Shown here: piece by piece, positions 24,570 through 36,926 of the stretch
Layout: every line of letters starts with the position of its first letter
How positions within the stretch are numbered: position 1 is the first letter of the stretch
NCBI RefSeq assembly: GCF_004010195.1
Contig: NC_057753.1
Location: 1-51,166 of the forward strand
Length of the DNA: 51,166 nt
Direction: 5' to 3'
DNA from: Chiloscyllium plagiosum
Taxonomy: Eukaryota
The notes under the pieces: model-generated
What the model was told of the DNA's origin: nothing
What the model saw: the letters and a program-made list of their open reading frames with translations, nothing else
The model's database searches: none
Made by a program: the position numbers and the translations under genes

Positions 24570-24948
24570 NNNNNNNNNNNNNNNNNNNNNNNNNNNNNNN
24601 NNNNNNNNNNNNNNNNNNNNNNNNNNNNNNNNNNNNNNNNNNNNNNNNNNNNNNNNNNNNNNNNNNNNNNNNNNNNNNNNNNNNNNNNNNNNNNNNNNNN
24701 NNNNNNNNNNNNNNNNNNNNNNNNNNNNNNNNNNNNNNNNNNNNNNNNNNNNNNNNNNNNNNNNNNNNNNNNNNNNNNNNNNNNNNNNNNNNNNNNNNNN
24801 NNNNNNNNNNNNNNNNNNNNNNNNNNNNNNNNNNNNNNNNNNNNNNNNNNNNNNNNNNNNNNNNNNNNNNNNNNNNNNNNNNNNNNNNNNNNNNNNNNNN
24901 NNNNNNNNNNNNNNNNNNNNNNNNNNNNNNNNNNNNNNNNNNNNNNNN
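24570..24948. other. Assembly gap
   Basis: Run of N. Confidence 1.
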
Positions 24949-25413
24949 CTTCAGATCTTCAAAGATCTTTTTCTTGAAAAGAGATTAGAAATGTCATCAC
25001 TGTCAGTCCAGGATAGAAGTTCAGAACAAGCAATTCTAGTTCCTGCAGAAGAATATTTTCTTTTGTTATTCCACAAAATTGAAAGCACCACCCCCTCCAC
25101 CTTTGTTCATGTTCTGCTCTCCTGAAAGTGCTGACTCAAGATCTTATGGAGCAGTAAAAAAAAAAGCACCAAGACTGACATTTCTTTGAATTTTGGATCA
25201 TTCTGCTGAAAAGTTAATATCTTTCACAGCACTGGGATGCTGCCGAGAGTGAGCAGGTCTGATTTTGAGAAACAAAAAGTATAGTATCAATTCACAGTGA
25301 ACCTGCAATACAGCTGCTTTAGAAACAACCAGTGATAAAATGGTCAATGTCTTGGGGAAGTTTGGGGTGAGTGGGGGAAGCGAAATGAGACATTAAGCTA
25401 TTGAAACCAACAC
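24949..25413 (-). repeat. Paralog of the ZNF intron 3' end/exon 2 start (7557-7950)
   Basis: Shared CTTCAGATCTTCAAA, AACAAGCAATTCTA, TTTTGTTATTCCA.AAAATTGAAAGCACCA, CACTGGGAT.CTGC. Confidence 0.8.
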
Positions 25414-25512
25414 TAGAGAGAAACTGAACATACAGACGTGGCTAACGTTATTGCCAAGCCAGATTCATAGAGGTACACAGCACAGAAACTGCCCCTTCGG
25501 TCTAATTTAATT

Positions 25513-26720
25513 CTTTGAAGAGGTAACAAGTAGGTTAGACCAGGGAAACTATGTGGATGTTATCTATCTATACTTCCAAAAGGCCTTTGATAAAGGTGCC
25601 TCATGGGAGGCTGCTGAGTAAGGTGAGGGCTATGGTGTTCGAGGTGAGCTACTGGCATGGATTGAGAACAGGCTGTCTGACAGAAGGTAGAGAGTTGGGA
25701 TAAAAGTTTTTTCGGAATGGCAACCGGTGACAAGTGGTGTCCCGCAAGGTTCAGTGTTGGGGCTACAACTGTTCACTTTATATATTAATGATTTGGATGA
25801 AGGGACAGGGGGCATTCTGGTGAAGTTTGCCAATGATACAAATGAGGTGGACAGGCAGGTAGTACTGAGGAGGTGGGGAGGCTGCAGAAAGATTTAGACA
25901 GTTTAAGAGAGTGGTCCAGGAAATGGCTGATGAAATTCAACGTGAGTAAACGCGAGGGCTTGCACTTTGGAAAAAAATACAGGCATGGACTATTTTGTAA
26001 ACAGTGAGAAAATTCATAAAGCCAAAGTACAAAGGGATCTGGAAGTGCTAGTCCAGGATTCTCTAAAGGTTAACTTGCAGGTTGAGTCAATTATAAAGAA
26101 AGCAAATGTAATGCTATAATTTATCTTAAGGGAGTGGGAATTTAAAAGCAGTGACATGCTTCTGAGACTTTATTAAGTTCCAGTTAGGCCCCATTTCAAA
26201 TACTGCGCCCAATTTTGGTCCCCACACCTCAGGAAGGACATACTGGCACTGGGGCGTGTCCGACAGAGATTCACACAATGGATCCCTGGAATTGTAGGGC
26301 TAACATATGATGAACAGCTGGGGATCATGGGATTGTATTCATTAGAGTTTAGAAGGTTGAGGGGAGATCTAATAGAAACAAGATAAGGCATGGCTTAGAA
26401 AGGGTGGACGATGGGAAGTTGTTTCCGTTAGGCAGGGACGCATGGGCACAATCTGAGAATTAGAGGGGGTCAACTTAGAACAGAAATAAGGAGGCATTTC
26501 TTCAGCCACGGAGTGTGGGCCTGTGGAATCCATTGCCACAGAGCACAGTGGAGGCCGGGACGTTAAATGTGTTCAAGGCAGAGATTGATAAGTTCTTGAT
26601 CTCACAAGGAATTAAGGGTTACGGGGAGAGTGGAGTTGAAATGTCCATCAGTCATGATTAAATGGCGAGTGGAATCAATGTGCCGAATGGCCTTACTTCC
26701 ACTCCTCTCTCATGGTCTTA
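25513..26720 (+). mobile_element. CR1 LINE, RT to 3' end, decayed
   Basis: [57 protein letters not shown]. Confidence 0.92.
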
Positions 26721-27263
26721 ACTTGTCCATGTTGACCAGATATTCTAAATTAATCTCGTCCCATATGCCAGCACTTGGCCCATTTCTCTCTGAACCCTTC
26801 CTATTCATATAACCATCCAGATGACTTTCACATATTGTAATTGTACCAGTCTCCACCATTTCCTCTGGCAGCTCATTCTTTATGCTCACTACACTCTGAA
26901 TTAAAAAATTGCCCTTAGGTTTCTTTTAAATCTTTGCTCATCCACCTCACCCTAAAGCTATTACCCTTTAGTTCTGGACTCCTACAAACCCAGGGAAAAG
27001 ACCTTGTCTATTTACCCAATCCATGCCTTTCATGATTTTATAAACGTGTATAAATGCCTCCGGCACACTTGGGGAAAACAGCACCAACCAATTAAGCTCA
27101 AACCCTCCAATTCTGGCAGCATCCTTGTAATCTTTTCTCAACTCTTTCAAATTTCACAACATCCTTCCGATAGGAGGGAGACCAGAATTGCACATAAGTT
27201 TCCAAAAGGGGCCTAACCAATGTCCTGTACAATCACAACGCAATCTCCCATCGCCGATACTCA
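26720..27263 (-). mobile_element. CR1 LINE 3' fragment
   Basis: Minus VYKIMKGMDWVNRQGLFP. Confidence 0.8.
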
Positions 27264-27569
27264 GAGGATTGGGAAAGTTGTCTTTTGTGGGTTTTGAAAA
27301 TTGGGAACGAATGGAGGGACAACCCGGACTTTTGAGCGTCAGCTTGGAAGCATCAATGTCCCAGGACAGGGGTGGGATTGGAGGAAGGAAGCTGGAGTGC
27401 AGGAGCCAAGATGGAGGAAGAACAGGATGTAAAACTGTTCTAGCTGGCTTGAAGCTGCAATGTCGATTAATGCATGTGCTGTACTTGTACCTGATGCATT
27501 TATTTGTGGGAATCGGGTGCATTTTAATTTTAAAAAAAAGAAAAATTATCCACCCCTCCCCAATCGCTA

Positions 27570-27790
27570 TCATCCTTCCTTCCTCACCCGGGTAATTAAG
27601 ACACATACTAGAGTTTGCAGAGTCTGCTCCCTCCCTAGATTCACTCCAGTTGCTACAACTGAACAGATATTTCCCCCATCCCACTCTGTTCCTCCCAGGA
27701 TGAAGAGTTGCCCAGAGGAGGGTGTTTCACACTGAAACTGATAGGGCCACTTCCGCGTTGTGACGTCAAACTGGGGCGGGGCTCAGCCGA
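27570..27790 (-). promoter_or_regulatory. Paralogous ZNF promoter and first exon
   Basis: Homologous to 8545-8805; donor GTGAGG at 27587; 26-nt ETS/CRE block identical to 8704-8729. Confidence 0.7.
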
Positions 27791-27968
27791 GAGTGGAACC
27801 CTCCAGCAGACGGAAGGAGTCAAGATCAGAGTGGTGCTGGAAAAGCGCAGCAGGTCAGGCGGGAGCCCTGCAGGGTAGGTTAGTATGGCCGATAAACACT
27901 GACCAGAACATCCTCGGCCATTCATTAGCAGTAATTTAGCACGGCCGATCCACCCACAGTTGATGGTG

Positions 27969-28094
27969 CCCTCACCAAGATGGCCGCCCACGCTCCCCGC
28001 CCCAAGACAACATGCGCCTGACCCTCACAAAGATGGCCGCCCTCGCTCCCCGCCCCAAGACAACAGGCGCCTGACCCTCACAAAGATGGCGGCC
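27969..28094 (+). repeat. 53-bp tandem repeat (about 2.4 units), each with a YY1-type AAGATGGC(C/G)G motif
   Basis: CCCTCAC(C/A)AAGATGGC starts at 27969, 28022 and 28075. Confidence 0.85.
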
Positions 28095-28324
28095 GTTGCC
28101 CGGGCAACCCGCGAGGTCCTTCCCCAGTGAAGTAAACACTGGGCCTGTGAGGATTTTATTGGAGGCCTGAGGCCTCCCCCTAGGAGTTTATAAACTCCCC
28201 AGTCTCCCTCCTCCCGCGGGTCCCAATCCTACCCTGTCTCACTGTCTCCTCTCCCCGGGGGCAGGAGCCAGGTCTTGGCGCTCGGGCCTGGCGACCTCCC
28301 CGGGATGTTCCTGAAACCTGGTCC

Positions 28325-28430
28325 TGTTCTGAAGGAGGATCACCGGACCCGAAACACCTCCTCACATTCCTCCCGACACGAGCTGCCGGACCTGCTCAGC
28401 TTTTCCAGCGGCTCCTGTTCTTGTTCCTTC
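28325..28430 (+). mobile_element. PLE terminal-repeat remnant with mutated hammerhead inside a CpG island
   Basis: GTTCTGAAGGAGGATCACCGGACCCGAAAC...GCTGCCGGACCTGCTCAGCTTTTCCAGC. Confidence 0.6.
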
Positions 28431-28492
28431 AGCCGCCGGCGCCATTCCTCTCCCACTCAGTAACACTGCCTTTGTCCGGCCGCAGGACCTAC

Positions 28493-28803
28493 ACTGCACA
28501 TGCGCCAACTCACAGGGGGCTGGGTGACCAGACCGTGACGTCACCCCGCGTGTAGTGGGCGGGGTTCGACGAGGCATCCAACCAATCGGAGACAATGGGG
28601 GCGGGGCCAATGTGTCCCCTGCTCCCCTCGCCAGCCACCTGAAAGGTGGGTTTGTCTTTAAGTTTTGACTGCACATGCGCCAGCTCTCAAGGGGCATGAC
28701 GTCTTCACCGGAGGGGGCGTGGTTGGAGGCGTCCACCAAACAATCAGAGACGATGGGGGCGGGGCGATCGCTGTGCCGGCCCCCAGCCACATGAAGGGGT
28801 TTG
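28493..28803 (-). promoter_or_regulatory. CpG-island promoter made of two tandem modules
   Basis: ACTGCACATGCGCCA at 28493 and 28668, each followed by a CRE (GTGACGTCAC at 28535; TGACGTC), GC box, C(C/A)AATC and GGGGGCGGGGC. Confidence 0.65.
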
Positions 28804-29029
28804 AAAAAAGTTTCGACGGAGTTTTTAAAAAACTTTTCAGCCTGCTCAGAAGTAGTATTCCAGCACTCTGGATGGGTGAAACATTGGGAAACTTTCAAAC
28901 ATAAACAAAGGGATACTAAAAAAATTAACAAAAATAGATAAGATAAATTACAAAAGAAACCTTGCACTAAACATCAAAGAGAACAGCAAAAGCTTCTGTT
29001 GGTACGGTAAAGGGAACAGAGTCGCTAAG

Positions 29030-30165
29030 GTAAGTATTGGTACCTTGGAAAATGAAAACGGTGAGTTAATGGGGGAATACTGAAATGGCAGAGATGCTAA
29101 GTCAATCAGTTTTCACGTTGGAAGACAACAGAATAATTCCTATTGGAATGGGCAAGTCAGAGGCTATAGAAAGGGGAGAACTTAAACAATCAACGTCGAT
29201 ATGAAAAAGGTACACAGCAAACTATTTGAATTGAGGACAGACAGGTCCCCTGGGCCTGACGGCCTACATCCTAGGGTCCTGCAGGAAGTGGCAGCGGAGA
29301 TAGTGGATTCATTAGTTACAATATTCCAAAGATCTCTGAACATGGAAAAGATTCATTGAGTTCATTTAAGACTGAGATAGATATGTTCTTGATTGTCAAG
29401 GGGATCAAAGGTTACGGGGAGAAAGCTGGAGAATGGAGTTGAGAAACGTATCAGCCATGATTGAATGGTGCAGATTCAATGGGTTGAAAGGCCTAATTTC
29501 TGCTCCTATGTCTTATAATCTTATGGTTTCATTGTATTGGAAAAACGCTAATGTTTTCAAAATGGGAGGGAGGCAATATGTGGGAAATTGCAGACCAGTT
29601 TGTTTACTATTTGTTATAGAGTCATGGAAACGTGCAGCACGGAAACAGACCCTTCAGTCCAACTTGTCCATGCCGACAGATATCCTAACCTAATCTAGTC
29701 CCATTTGCCAGCACTTAGTCCATATCCTCTAAAACCTTCCTATTCATCTATCCATCCAGATGCCCTTTAAATGCTGTAATTGTACAAGCCTCCACTACTT
29801 CCTCTGGCAGCTTATTCCATACAAGCACCACCCTCTGTGTGAAAACATTGCCCCTTAGGTCCCTTTGATATCTTTCTCTTCTCAACCTAAACCAATGCAT
29901 CTAGTTCTGGACTCCCCCACCCTAGGGAAAAGACCTTGTCTGTTTATCCTATCCATGCCCCTCATTCTTTTATAAACCTGCATAAGGTCACCCCTCACTC
30001 TCTGAAACTCCAGGGAAAACAGTCCTGGCCCATTAAGCCTCTCCCAAATCCTCCAACCCTGGACACATCCGTATAAATCTTTTCTGAACCCTTTCAAGGG
30101 TGATGGGGAGAAGGCAGGAAATGGTGGAGGAGACTTGATGGGCTGAATAGCCTAATTCTACATTA
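29030..30165. mobile_element. Nested CR1 fragments (plus 29030-29610; minus 29618-30097)
   Basis: Plus SPGPDGLHPRVLQEVAAEIVDSL; minus RGDLMQVYKRMRGMDRINRQGLFP. Confidence 0.8.
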
Positions 30166-31307
30166 CAAGAAAGAAAATGTGATGTGAGAAAGAAATTTCA
30201 TAAAGTGAGTAAATAGACCTGGAAGACATTGCATGGAAGTGGTTGAAGCAGGTTCAATTAGGGGCATTGGACAATTATTTGATGACAAGCAATGTACAAG
30301 TTTCCAAGGAAACGTCGGGAAAATGGCATAAGGTCAGAAAGCTCACTTAGAGAGCTGCTTGGACACAATGGGCTGAATGGCCTGCTTCTGTGCTTTCGTA
30401 ATTCAGTGGTTCATAATTGCTTATCAGATCTCTGTCAGTTATGAATATCAGGCTAGCATCTGCTATTTTGTATGGTCAGTCAGGAAAGATCAGTCAGATC
30501 GATGTTTCATAATGATTCATGATTGGGGAACTGCAGGGATTGGGACTAGGACCCCAGCTTTTCATTGTATATGTCAGTGATTTAGATGAGAGAACTAATT
30601 GGAATATATCACAAATTGCAGGTGACACAAAGCTGAGTGGAAGGGTGAGCTGTGAGGAGGATACAATGTTATTTGGACAGGCTGAGTGAGTGGGTAAATG
30701 TATGGGAGGTGCAGTTTAGTGTGGATCAATGTGAGGTTATCCACTTTGGTAGCAAAAATAGAAAAGCAGATTATTTCAATAGCTGTAACCTGGGAGATGG
30801 GAATGTTCAACAAGAACTAATCCAAGATGGAGGCTGAGAAAATTTGTGGCTGTAAGAGCTCCTCGTTTTTAGAGTAGTTTATTTGCTTGATTTCTTTGAA
30901 ATCCAGGAACAGCAATTAATGTTTTATATGCTGTTGCATTGTTTCTGGAATTTGGAGTAAAAAAGTCAAAGCAACAGCACTTTTAAAAGGGAGAAACATA
31001 GCCAAAGGCAGCGAGCACATGGTCTGGAAGGGAGAGAGAGAAAAAGAAACCTACACTGCTAACTGACACAGCAGTGAATCTGCATAGTTACTGCCTTTGT
31101 GTCTGAATTCATGTATCTCAGGACATTGGAGAGCATCTAGGAAAAATTAACAAACTGTAAAATTCACATCTGGTCTTGGAGGAACGTGTGCAGGAGAGCT
31201 CACAGCACAGGAACAGGTAAGGTATCCTGTATAATGTATAACCTTGCTGTAAGCCTGCAGTAGTGAATAGAGTGGGTTCTTTCTTTAATATATATTTTGA
31301 GGTTTTA

Positions 31308-31517
31308 GAAGCTCACCAGTGGGTCCACAACAAGGAACGGCCAATCACCTGCTCCGAGCGCAGGAAGGGATTCATTGACTCCTCTAGCCTACGGACGCAC
31401 CAGCAGGTCTATGTCAGAGACAGCCTGCTCACCTGCTGTCAGTGTGCGAATGGCTTCACCCGCTCCTCCGACCTGCGGAGGCACCAGAGAGTTCATGTGT
31501 CTTTGCAAGGGGATTGA
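31308..31517 (+). pseudogene. C2H2 ZNF 3' end relic (about 2.5 fingers)
   Basis: EAHQWVHNKERPITCSERRKGF...CCQCANGFTRSSDLRRHQRVHVSLQGD*; followed by the 3' UTR module shared with 5660-5790. Confidence 0.85.
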
Positions 31518-31701
31518 AGAAATGACAGCCGAGTGCCATTATCAACTGGACTATCAACCCAGTTCTGAGGAGTACTGGGACTTCTGGGTTCGAATCCAGC
31601 TGTGGGAGATGGCGGAATTGGAATTCAGTCAGAAATCTGGAGTTTGGAATCTAATGATTAATCCATTTTCTGGGGGAAAAGTCCCATCTGATTCACCCAT
31701 G

Positions 31702-32136
31702 TTCGAGTCTGTCAGTATCCCAATCTTGAGTCAGACTGCTTTTATTTCCAAAGTAGGAATTTATAAAATATTACATGGATTGACTGCCTGAAGATTGTGC
31801 GCTTTTTGAGCAAAATAAAATGTATCTGCAATTGCAAATTCACTGGATAGACTGATGTGTGCGCGTGCATGAGAGAGAGACTGTGTGTATGCGTGTAAGA
31901 GTGTGTGTTGTGTATATGCGTGCTTGGTAAAGTGTGAGAGTAATGGAGTACAAACCTGTGAGAGGGTGTGTGCATCTGAGAGAGAGCGTGAGTGTGTGAG
32001 TATGTAAGACTATGTGTGTGAGAGAGAAAGAGAGAGTAGTGTAGTAGGATCACCTGTAGTATGACATGAACCCATGGTTCCGGTTGAGGCCATCCCCATG
32101 GGTTCTGAATTTGGCTAACAGCCTCTGCTTGGCCAG
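31702..32136 (-). mobile_element. Neptune-like PLE ORF end plus 3' UTR
   Basis: Minus 32136-32050 reads LAKQRLLAKFRTHGDGLNRNHGFMSYYR*, then a CA-rich tract and UTR homologous to 4500-4655. Confidence 0.75.
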
Positions 32137-32199
32137 AGGAAATGATCAATCAGTTATACGACATACATTGAAGAGGGAAGATAGGACTTGACTTTTGAT

Positions 32200-32620
32200 T
32201 TGCAGAGTGTGTAAGGGTCTGGATGCTGTGATCCAGGGAAAACACATGCTGGAGGACCTTTGTTCATAGGGATGGAGCTGGAAGCCAGGCTGCCGGCATG
32301 TTGGGGGAAAAGGGGGAAAGTTAATCGGAAACTTTATTCCGGGAGACAGTCATTCCCCTCCAGATAGTGCCTTCTGTTTAGATCAGTGGACAGAGTCAGG
32401 AGGATGTAAGTGCAGGTCTGGCAGGTAAACGAGATCTGAGAGAGAGTTCCAGGGTGGAGGAGCTAACTGGTTGGGTGGTTGGGAGTAAAAACAAGATTGG
32501 GGAGGGGAGGTGGTGGTAAGGGACAGAATAGTGACAGGGATTGTCTCCGTTCTCTGCAGTTGGCAGCAGGAGGCCAGATGGCATCAGTGTCTGGCGCAAG
32601 GATTCAGGAACCGATGCGCT
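32200..32620 (+). mobile_element. Probable CR1 ORF1 (esterase-type) remnant
   Basis: ELEARL and VVVRDRIVTGIVSVLCS resemble the VVVGDSIVRG SGNH motif. Confidence 0.4.
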
Positions 32621-32744
32621 CAATGGTGGAGAAGTGGGAATGAGAGGTTGCAGGGGTGTGGTCCAATGTCAGGAGGAGACAGCCTCTGCTGAGGGTGCAT
32701 GAGAAGTTGGAAGCTACAAAGACAAAGCAGAACCTCAAAGCTCT

Positions 32745-33085
32745 GGGTGGGATGGTAGCTCAGTGGTTAGCGCAACTACCTCACAGTGCCAGGGACCTGG
32801 GTTTGATTCCACTCTCTGGCGGCTTTCCAGGTGGACGTTGGCATGTTCTCACCCTTGTGTCTGCATGGGTTAACTCCGGGTGCTCCAGTTTTGTCCCATA
32901 GTCTAAATATCTGCAGTTTAGTGTGGATCAGCCGTGCCGAAGTGTCCACAGATGTGCAACTTAGGGTGGGTTAAGCATTAACCATGGGGAATTGCAGGAC
33001 TAGAAGGAAAGCAGGTGAATCTGGGTGGGATACTGTTTGGAAGGTCAGTCTGAAATTTATGGGTCAAATGGCTTGTAGGGATTAG
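32745..33085 (+). mobile_element. HE1-like SINE
   Basis: GGTAGCTCAGTGGTTAGC...CCTCACAGTGCCAGGGACCTGGGTTTGATTCC head and core. Confidence 0.8.
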
Positions 33086-33501
33086 CCATGTGCCTATTGA
33101 GAAACAATTGCCCCCAGGTCTGCTGTGGGTGAAGTGGTTTCCAGTTCATGGGACACTGACAGTAATCCTGGGTAAGGTGGGATTTGTGCTGTCACTCCCC
33201 CAACCCACTGTCCTCGTCCATTCTCTCTCTCGCCTCACACTCTACATCCACCAATTCTCTCTGCCTAGCCATTCTGTCTCTCTCTCCTCCNNNTTTTCTC
33301 GTGCCTCAGGCCCTTCTCAGGAAAGAGAGAGAATAGTTGGTGATGACTCTACTTGGAAAACAGGGGTGCACAAGAAATGGCTGATCTTTAAAATTGAGAA
33401 CAGCTGAAATTCAGAAACATCATTAATGTCTAAAAGCATATTCAATTTTTTAAAAAAACCTGCAGACATGTTTCTGAAACTTGCATTGAAATAGGCGGGT
33501 A

Positions 33502-33808
33502 GAGTCATCCAGCACAGAAACAGACTCTGCGGTTCAACTCGCCCATGCTGACCAGATATCCCAAATTAATGTCATTTGCCAGCATTTGGCCCATATCTCT
33601 CTCAACCCTTCCTATTCATATACCCATCCTGATGCCTTTCAAATGTTGTAATGGTACCACCCTCCATCACTTCCTCTGGCAGTTCATTCCATACACACAC
33701 CACCCTCTGCGTGAAAAAGTTACCCCTTAGGTCCCTTTTAAATCTTTCCTCTCTCATCCTAAACCTATGCCATCTAGTTTTCGACTTCCTCTACCCTATG
33801 GAAAAGAC
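33502..33808 (-). mobile_element. CR1 LINE 3' end
   Basis: Same 3' UTR as 10500-10810. Confidence 0.8.
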
Positions 33809-33949
33809 GAAAAAGTTGAGCAGCCGGACAAAATTTAAAAGGAATAGAATGTTGAGCCACAGGGAAAAATAAAATTGTGGCTCCAGCTTTTCTTCTCCTA
33901 TTGACATTCGGTCACTAAAAATCTGTCAGTAATGCCAGACTCTCCACAG

Positions 33950-34125
33950 AGCGTACTGCGCATGCTTCGCGGTGTCAGCTAGCATTGCGCATGTGCGGTA
34001 GTGTCAGCAAAAGCATTGAGCATGCTCGCTGCTGTCCGCGGAACCGGCGCCTGACTTTCTTGTGGAGGACCAATGGTGAGGCCTGGAGGACCGGAAGAAG
34101 CTGGTCCTCCTGCCAATCAGAGAGA
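33950..34125. promoter_or_regulatory. Promoter-like patch with three NRF1-type motifs
   Basis: TGCGCATGC, TGCGCATGTGC, TGAGCATGCTC at about 30-bp spacing; two CCAAT; donor-like ATG|GTGAGG. Confidence 0.4.
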
Positions 34126-34980
34126 CCCCTTTGTCTGAATGCGGAAGTTCGACCATGAATTTGTGAAGCTGCTGTGGCTCTCTCAGAATGACGATTGAAC
34201 TTCGCCCCAGACCTGCAACGTCTTTACTCTGTCCAACATCTGTGGGTGCGGCACTCTCCTTTTTCATCCACTTTTTCATTTATTTTTCATTCTGGGATTC
34301 AGTTGCTGTCTTGCACGAACTGAAGGGAAAGGGAGTGAATCCAGGGAGGAGACAGGCTCTGGAAAAGTTGGTCCAGGGCTGTGTTTCAATTGGCGAACGT
34401 ATGGCAAATGCAGAACCACAATATAAAGTTATAGACTTTGCTTTGGAAAAAAGGCAGAGAGGAGGTGCATGGTTTAAATGTTAATATATTGGGATGTGGA
34501 AGAAGTGAGGACTGCAGATTCTGGAGATCAGCATCAAATGTGTCACTGGAAAACACAACAGATCAGGCAGCATCCGAGAAGCAGGAAAGTCAACATTTTG
34601 GGCACGAACTCTTCATCAGGAATGATGTGTGGACGTACAAATGGACCTCAGTGTCCTTCTACACCAGTCACTGTCAGTTGTCAGACAGATACAGCAAGCA
34701 ATGAGCAAGGCGGTACATTAGCAAGAAGAGTTCAAAAATGGGGATGTCTTCCTGCAGTTTGGGGGGGTGGTCATTGAATATATTCAAGGCTGAGTTCATC
34801 TGAGTCCGAACATCAAAGAAGTGGATAACTATGGGGGAAGACAAGAAAATAGTTTTAAGACCTGTACAGAATAAATACAGAGTCATACAGCACAGAAATA
34901 GACACTTCTGTCCAACTAGCCCAATGCTATGTTCTCATACTAAACTAATCCCACCTGCCAGTGTTTGGCCCATATCCCTC

Positions 34981-35477
34981 TGTCACAAAGCTGGTCCTTT
35001 TTCTAAAAGCTGGTCCGTCTTCTCAAGGATGCTGTGTCCTTGTTTTCTTTCAGAGGGGTCGTAAAACAGCCCCAGGCTCTAAAATGACTGGTTTAGTACA
35101 GAGATTAAAAGTATATTGGAAGGCCTTTTCGTTTATACATAAACAGATGAGACTTTATACACTGACTTATAAGCCTCTGTTTTAGTTTTACTCTCTGTTT
35201 AAGGGGTTTGTTTATTGGGACTGTTGTGTACATTTGGAACAGTTGTCAGATAGTTTAAGTCTAGTTTGGACACTGGGTTCTGTGGGTATTCTCTATTCTG
35301 TTCTTTGTGTTTCATTCCACTATCTTGCGAATACATTTCCGTTTTAAAACCTGGTAGTCAACCTAGCTAACTTACTCTGGGTAATTTTCACTGTACACTT
35401 ACTGAAACAAATAGCAAACTTATGGTCTGGGCTACCTGCTTAAGAATGTTTTGAGCTGTCTAGCCTAGACCATAACA
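34981..35477. mobile_element. Solo-LTR-like element inserted in a CR1 tail
   Basis: TGT...ACA termini; 4-bp CCTC duplication at 34977-34980 and 35478-35481; the CR1 sequence resumes on both sides. Confidence 0.7.
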
Positions 35478-36244
35478 CCTCAGAACCTTTCCCATTTATG
35501 TCCTCATCCAAATGTCTTTTAAACATTGTAACTGTACCTGCATCCCCCCCACTCCCTTTGGACATTCATTCCACACACAAACCACTCTCTGTGGAGAAAA
35601 AAATTAGCGTGCCTCATGTCTTTTTAAAATCTTTCTCCACTCCCCTTCAAAGTTTGCTTCCTAATCTTGAAACCCCCACTCTAAGGAAAGGACAACCGTT
35701 GTTCACTTCATCTATAGGCCTCATGATTCTTTAAACTTCAGATAAGGTCACCTCTCAGCCTCCTATGCTCCAGTGGAAAAGGTCCTAGCTTATCTGCCTA
35801 GATGTAGGTAGATTCATATCCAGTTATGATCTGTTCAATGTTGGTGCAGGCTCGAAAGGCTGAATATCCTATTCCTACTCCCAATTCTCTCACATTGTGT
35901 CCAGGACAGCAAGACACCATAAGACATAGGAGCAGAAATTAGGCCAAACAGCCCATTGGGTCTGCTCATACCATTTAATCATGGCTGATAAGTTTCTCAA
36001 CCCCATTGTCCTGTTTTCTCCCATAACCTTTGAGCCCCTTGATACCTATGCTGAGGAGCAGGTGCATGGGAGGAGGGTTCACATGTTTGGGTTATTGGAA
36101 TCTCTTCTGGAGTAGATATCATAGAGATGTACAGCATGGAAACAGACCCTTCGGTCCAACCCGTCCACGCCGATCAGATATCCCAACCCAATTTCGTCCC
36201 ACCAGCCAGCACCCGGCCCATATCCCTCCAAACCTTTCCTTTTC

Positions 36245-36456
36245 AGATGGAGGCCTTGACCAGTGGAGTGCCACAAGAATCGGTGCGGGGGCCTCTACTT
36301 TTTGTCATTTACATAAATGATTTGGATGCGAGCATAAGAGGTACAGTTAGTAAGTTTGCAGATGACACCAAAATTGGAGATGTAGTGGACAGCAAAGAGG
36401 GTTACAGGATCTGGACCAGATGGGCCAATGGGCTGAGAAGAGGCAGATGGAGTTTA
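36245..36456 (+). mobile_element. CR1 RT fragment
   Basis: TSGVPQESVRGPLLFVIYINDLDASIRGTVSKFADDTKIG. Confidence 0.9.
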
Positions 36457-36926
36457 GGGTGTAGGTTTGCTCGCTGAGCTGTAGGTTTGATATCCAAACG
36501 TTTCATTACCTGGCTCGGTAACATCGTCAGTGGCGACCTCCAAGTGAAGCTAAGCTGTTGTCTCCTGCTTTCTATTTATATGTTTGTCCTGGATGGGGTT
36601 CCTGGGGTTTGTGGTGATGTCATTTCCTGTTCGTTTTCTGAGGGGTTGATAGATGGTATCAACCCCTCAGATGTTTGTTTATGGCGTTGTGGTTGAAGTG
36701 CCAGGCCTCTAGGAATTCTCTGGCATGTCTTTTCTTAGCCTGTCCCAGGATAGATGTGTTGTCCCAGTCGAAATGGTGTTTTCTTTTCCTCCGTGTGTCG
36801 GGCTACGAGGGAGAGAGGGTCGTGTCTTTTTGTGGCTAGCTGGTGTTCGTGTATCCTGGTGGCTAACTTTCTTCCTGTTTGTCCTACGTAGTGTTTGTGG
36901 CAGTCCTTGCATGAAATTTTGTAGAG
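36457..36926 (-). mobile_element. Poseidon-like PLE 3' fragment (GIY-YIG plus terminal repeat)
   Basis: YKISCKDCHKHYVGQTGRKLATRIHEHQLATKRHD..., then FDWDNTSILGQAKKRHAREFLEAWH after a frameshift. Confidence 0.9.
36494..36533 (-). ncRNA. Minimal type-I hammerhead ribozyme motif
   Basis: CCA-CUGACGA-U-GUUACC-GAGCCA-GGUAAU-GAA-ACGU-U-UGG: stem I CCA/UGG, 6-bp stem II. Confidence 0.7.

Noticed and set aside
24456..25125. Long ORFs spanning the first gap
   Set aside because: Artefacts of N runs.
28362..28967. 201-aa minus-strand ORF
   Set aside because: Crosses a GC-rich promoter where stops are rare; no recognisable domain.
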